Source: Balanoglossus misakiensis
Lineage: Eukaryota; Animalia; Hemichordata
DNA length: 64,000 nucleotides
Assembly (NCBI GenBank): GCA_040954595.2
Contig: CM082579.2
Span: 2,658,345 to 2,722,344 of the forward strand
Reading direction: 5' to 3'
Below, piece by piece: positions 59,801 through 64,000 of the stretch (position 1 is its first letter; the number at the start of each line of letters is the position of its first letter). The notes under the pieces were generated by a model. The model had not been told where the DNA came from. It did not search any database and worked only from the letters and a program-made list of their open reading frames with translations. The translations under genes and the position numbers were made by a program.

Positions 59801-62800
59801 TAATTAGTAAGTGATTCTCATACCAGTATGGTGTCACCTCTTCACTCAGGGGAGACAAATCCCCCCTTTTTGTCCGAGCCCCCTCCAAAAACTGATTAAT
59901 GAGTACGACTAAAACAACATTCAAGGAAGTAGATTGAGAGCCTTGAAGATTGGTCACAGTGTTTTGGAAACAAAAATGGCAGGATTGGTAAAAAAAGTAA
60001 TACTACCATGTTATTTGCTTGACAAATCAAATAACATGTCAGTAGGAGCTGGCTGTTTCTATTGTCCATTCTAGTTTTAATTCCCTCCCTTCCTCTGCGT
60101 GCCCAATTCATGGTGTGTGGTTGTCTTTTTATGCTGTAGTTGTACGTTACCAAGAAAGTGTGGTTTGCAGGTGGGGTCAGGACAAAAGTATCCTTTCTTT
60201 TGTGCTTTTATGTTGAATTATTTCTTTTCCTTTTCACACGAATTTAATGAAAGTGCTGTGTTTGTATTGATTGACCTTGAGAGCTATTCTGTGTCCAAGT
60301 TCAGTCCACCATGAGCTTCTAAGGCAATGTCGTCAAATACCACACCTAGGCTTAGCCTCAATTCACAGGATATATCGGGCCTTGTTGGGCCAGACGCACT
60401 TCCGAACGGATTAACTTTGTTCTTCAAGACTAATTAAAAATAACCACTTTGACCGCCAAGCAATAAATTTCACATATGTGTGTGTGATATTCCAAATACT
60501 TCCAGAGCAAAGATCAAATAAGGGTCGCCTATGTAGGTTTTAATTTTATCTTTGTTTGCATTGACTGTTCAGAGTCTATTGAGTCTCACCATGGTTCCGT
60601 GTGGCAGCGTTCTCATGAATTCGTTTATCGACGTGACAACGATATCATGTTTTTATACTCTGTACATGTTCATGAATTTTATCAAAAATCAAGTTCAACC
60701 AACCCAAAATGAGATAAAGTGAACACACCATTGCCAACCAAGAAATCGGTATTTCCCCAGACTTTGTAGACTGTCAACTTTGCCTTGTCCTACTAATATA
60801 AATACAGGTCTATTGTTAAAAAGTATACTAGTATCCTATTACATTTGAACGTTTTAAAAACCTGAGATTGGCGTTAATCATGGACTTTGCCCAATTCGCG
60901 ATGTGACCGCTCGGTAATGAACAAGGTAGCAAGATTAGATTTCTTCAAGCTAAGTCTCCAAAATCTGTGGACTGTTGCTACCTTTCTGAGATGAAACTAA
61001 TAAAAAGCAAATCTCTGTTTATTTGTACAACAGCATTTGAGGTGACCGAAGTAGGTCTTAATCTGTTTGCGTGTTGTGAACATTCAGATTTATTTGTTGG
61101 AGGTTGGTTTACAGATGATATGAATGGTATTAATTGCTCAACATTGAGTCTGATTGTCAAAAAGGGCAGCTTTAATTGTCAGTTTGTTTGTAACTAAATT
61201 AATAAAATTTGTTGGTCACTTTTGGGTGCCATTCACCTCCACCAAATAGACATAGTACACATCTCGAATACAACATACTACATGCCAGTAAGAGTTGCAG
61301 ACATATCCTTTTCCCTGGGTGCTTTAGTTCAAGCAAGAGGTACTGTCTGAAAACACGTACATGTACCTCATTGTGCATTGTTTCATATAGAATGAGCAAA
61401 ACCAGAATAGATGACAGGTCGTGATGTTTGATGTCAACTGATGCCCGAGCTGCTGGACCCCCAGCGGATTACTGGTGTAGCTGTCTGTCCAGTACTAGGC
61501 ATAGTGTATAACATGTATATTTATGTATTTATATTAACCGGTCCTTCGACAGTTAGAGGCTACTTCACCTGCTTGACTAGTCAAACAATTTCTGTTTGCT
61601 TGTTTGACTTCAGTAGGTTTGGCTTAAATCCACATGTGTGTTTCCCCCTGCACCCAGTCCAAATAAAGCAATGCAAGGAGTATACAGAGATTGGCCTGTG
61701 TATGTGTGTGTGTGTGACCTGTTCATATTGGAACAGAATTGTATTTGTTTAGACTTGATCAGAGCATGGTGAGGACAAGTGAGACATTGCTCAGTCTTCT
61801 ACAAGACTTGTTTCCAGGTCCTTGACTATGGGCTGAATTGGACAGTTCTCATTGTCAAGTATTTCCACCAGTTGCTTGGTTTGTACAGGTGATATTCAGT
61901 GCCTGTTTGTTTGTTTGTTGATTTTGCTCTCCAAAATATTCGCCTGAGGCGTTTGGACTCTCAGCAAATGGAGTCCAGGTTTCTTCTGTGGGTATTCAAA
62001 ATCGCCTTGCATCAGGTGTTAATTTGTATTAATCATGGTGCGTTTTTAATGTGCAACGTATGAACACATTGGCCTGTGGCACACTTCAATCGATGACTTC
62101 GGAATTGCATGGGAATATTTACATTCGACGTACCGAGGAATGTTCCCCCGAGCGAGTCGCTTCAGTTTTCAGTTTCTTGAGTGATGTCACATGACGTGTC
62201 TCAAAACTGCTGTTCCACAGTCATTAAATCTTTCTTTGGTGGTCGTATTGTCTTTAATTTATACTCAAAAGTGAGAAAATTATAGTTTTTATTTTTGCAT
62301 AGTAAGCATGGAGAGAATTTTTATGTTGTGTGAAGAAAACGTGACATGGGATCAGAGTTATTGTGGCATCCAACTCTTAATTCATTTGCCGCTTCTGTCC
62401 GGTCAAGCAGTGGCCCGACCCAGCACAGGTGTTCGGAGACCAGAATGTGAAATTTTGCGTGAAGTGTTCTGAAGTAGTTCCTGTCGGCATTGACGAACAC
62501 CCAACATGAAGGAAGCCCGACCAGAAGTGCAGGCGCGGCTACCAGGAGAGCGATACCACCTTATTAGAACGGATTATATTCAGCAAACACTGCTGGAATT
62601 CTTCTCGATAACCAAGTTACATCCACGGACTTGCTGCGTGACCACCAGTGCCGCGACTGGCCATCGGTTTTGAAGCGAGGAAGTCCCAAGGTCTCTGTAG
62701 GACGGAAAAAATGTAATTTCGTAGTAATGTGTAACAGATTAGGAGAGAAGCAAATTAAAGCAGACATTTGTTGCCCATGGTGAACAGCGGGCTGTCAACG

Positions 62801-64000
62801 ATATTTGTCACGAGTCTAGTATTTCCACAGCGCCAGCGTTGCCCATGTGTTTTCATTTACCACTGGCGTACATTGTATATGAAAAAAATTTGACAAATGT
62901 GTGCAGCGGAATGGCCGTCTTCCTGTCGTGGGCTTGACTGTACAAGTCTTTGGTTTTGTGTTCGGCGGTTTGAAGTCATCGTTTCTGTGGGCAATCTGTA
63001 CGGCTTGATATTCAATCTGTCTCCATTCCGCTGTTTTGCCCCAGCAGAGCTCCTATAACTCCTGATGTATATGTTCCTACTCTGATGGACTTGACCTCGA
63101 GAAGATTTGTCAGTTTTTAGTAAACACCCGCATAAGAGTTGAAAACTGGAAGCATCTCTAAAAATTTACGGTCAAGAACTTATCAGGCTTTTTTGTGGCC
63201 TGTTCCCGGATCTCTGATGCCGCCTGTTGACAGTTCATACACTTGACAGTGGTGGGTCCCTGCTGATAAATTTGTCATCGCTTTGTGTCTGCACAAGGAA
63301 TCAAACACCCGACACCCCGTTGCCAGGGCGACCTATCCCCGTTCTGTTCTGGGGATAGAATGTCCAAGGCTTTCTCTTTCGTGTACGACTTGAGGTCAAA
63401 CATTTTAAAAAAGTGCTGGCTGACCTTTGGAAGTCGCAAAGTGATCGAGGAGCTTCCAAGATGGGGTTCAAGACTTGCGTGCTGGTGATTTATTCAGAGT
63501 GACACTGCTAAATTGAAAGAGCATAGAATAGAGTATGCTTTTCATGGAGAACTTATATCCCATATTTCTTTTTGAGGGGGGGGGGGGAGAAACACCAGTT
63601 ATCCGTCTGGTGTACACTGCTCGTAATAAAATAGCAATTATGTAGTTTGTAGTGCAGTTAGTGATACAGCTGGTATCAGTGTTTCCATGAGAGGTCTGGT
63701 ATTTATCAATAGTGGAGACATCCCTATCTCGCTTTTGACAGCCCCATATTTCTTTGTCTAATAATAAAAGGCCGAAACAATAAGTTGTGGTGTGAGACTG
63801 TTGACATCATATGGAAAGAGTAGGGGTTTTAATGTCTACTTGTCTCTCGGACAGCAGCACTGTTTTTCGCTTTATCAGTGTCTGTTCGCTTGACCCTTGT
63901 CCGATCGCCATGGACGGCGCTAAAAGTGGACTCCAGCGCTGTAGTTCATGTGCCACTTTTTTTGTGAGGACAGGTATTGTCCTCACTGGTTTTGGGAAGG

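Noticed and set aside
60186-60200. GTATCCTTT, resembling a U12 minor-intron donor
   Set aside because: It lies inside the FAT4 intron with no upstream coding exon that could use it.
62350-62770. GC-richer patch in the FAT4 intron with a minus-strand acceptor, considered as a nested gene
   Set aside because: All three frames downstream of the acceptor stop quickly and no domain is recognisable. It could be an enhancer or lncRNA but this is unsupported.

Overview
This is a gene-dense, intron-containing animal genomic region. The gene set and short GT-AG introns suggest an invertebrate deuterostome, which is an inference. Twelve protein-coding genes can be reconstructed by hand: SLAIN-family exon 1 (-), ANKRD46 (-), an F-box/LRR protein (+), a METTL24-like protein with two tandem methyltransferase domains (-), a stand-alone POLR1D-isoform-2-like gene (+), PFAS (+), an intronless divergent pannexin/innexin-like 4-TM channel (+), an ADA2/ADGF deaminase with a GPI-like tail (+), SCARB2/LIMP-2 (-), ANKH (-), NUP54 (-) and the giant first coding exon of FAT4 (+). 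Non-coding features are a SNORD92-like box C/D snoRNA in a PFAS intron, two intronic hairpin elements with shared TAGCTGCA termini but unrelated interiors, a TTAA-flanked MITE and two bidirectional promoters. The most notable observation is that PFAS, the pannexin-like channel, the putatively membrane-tethered ADA2 and ANKH lie within about 25 kb, a possible purine synthesis/release/catabolism neighbourhood (hypothesis only). Gene identities rest on motif recognition from memory, and no database search was run.
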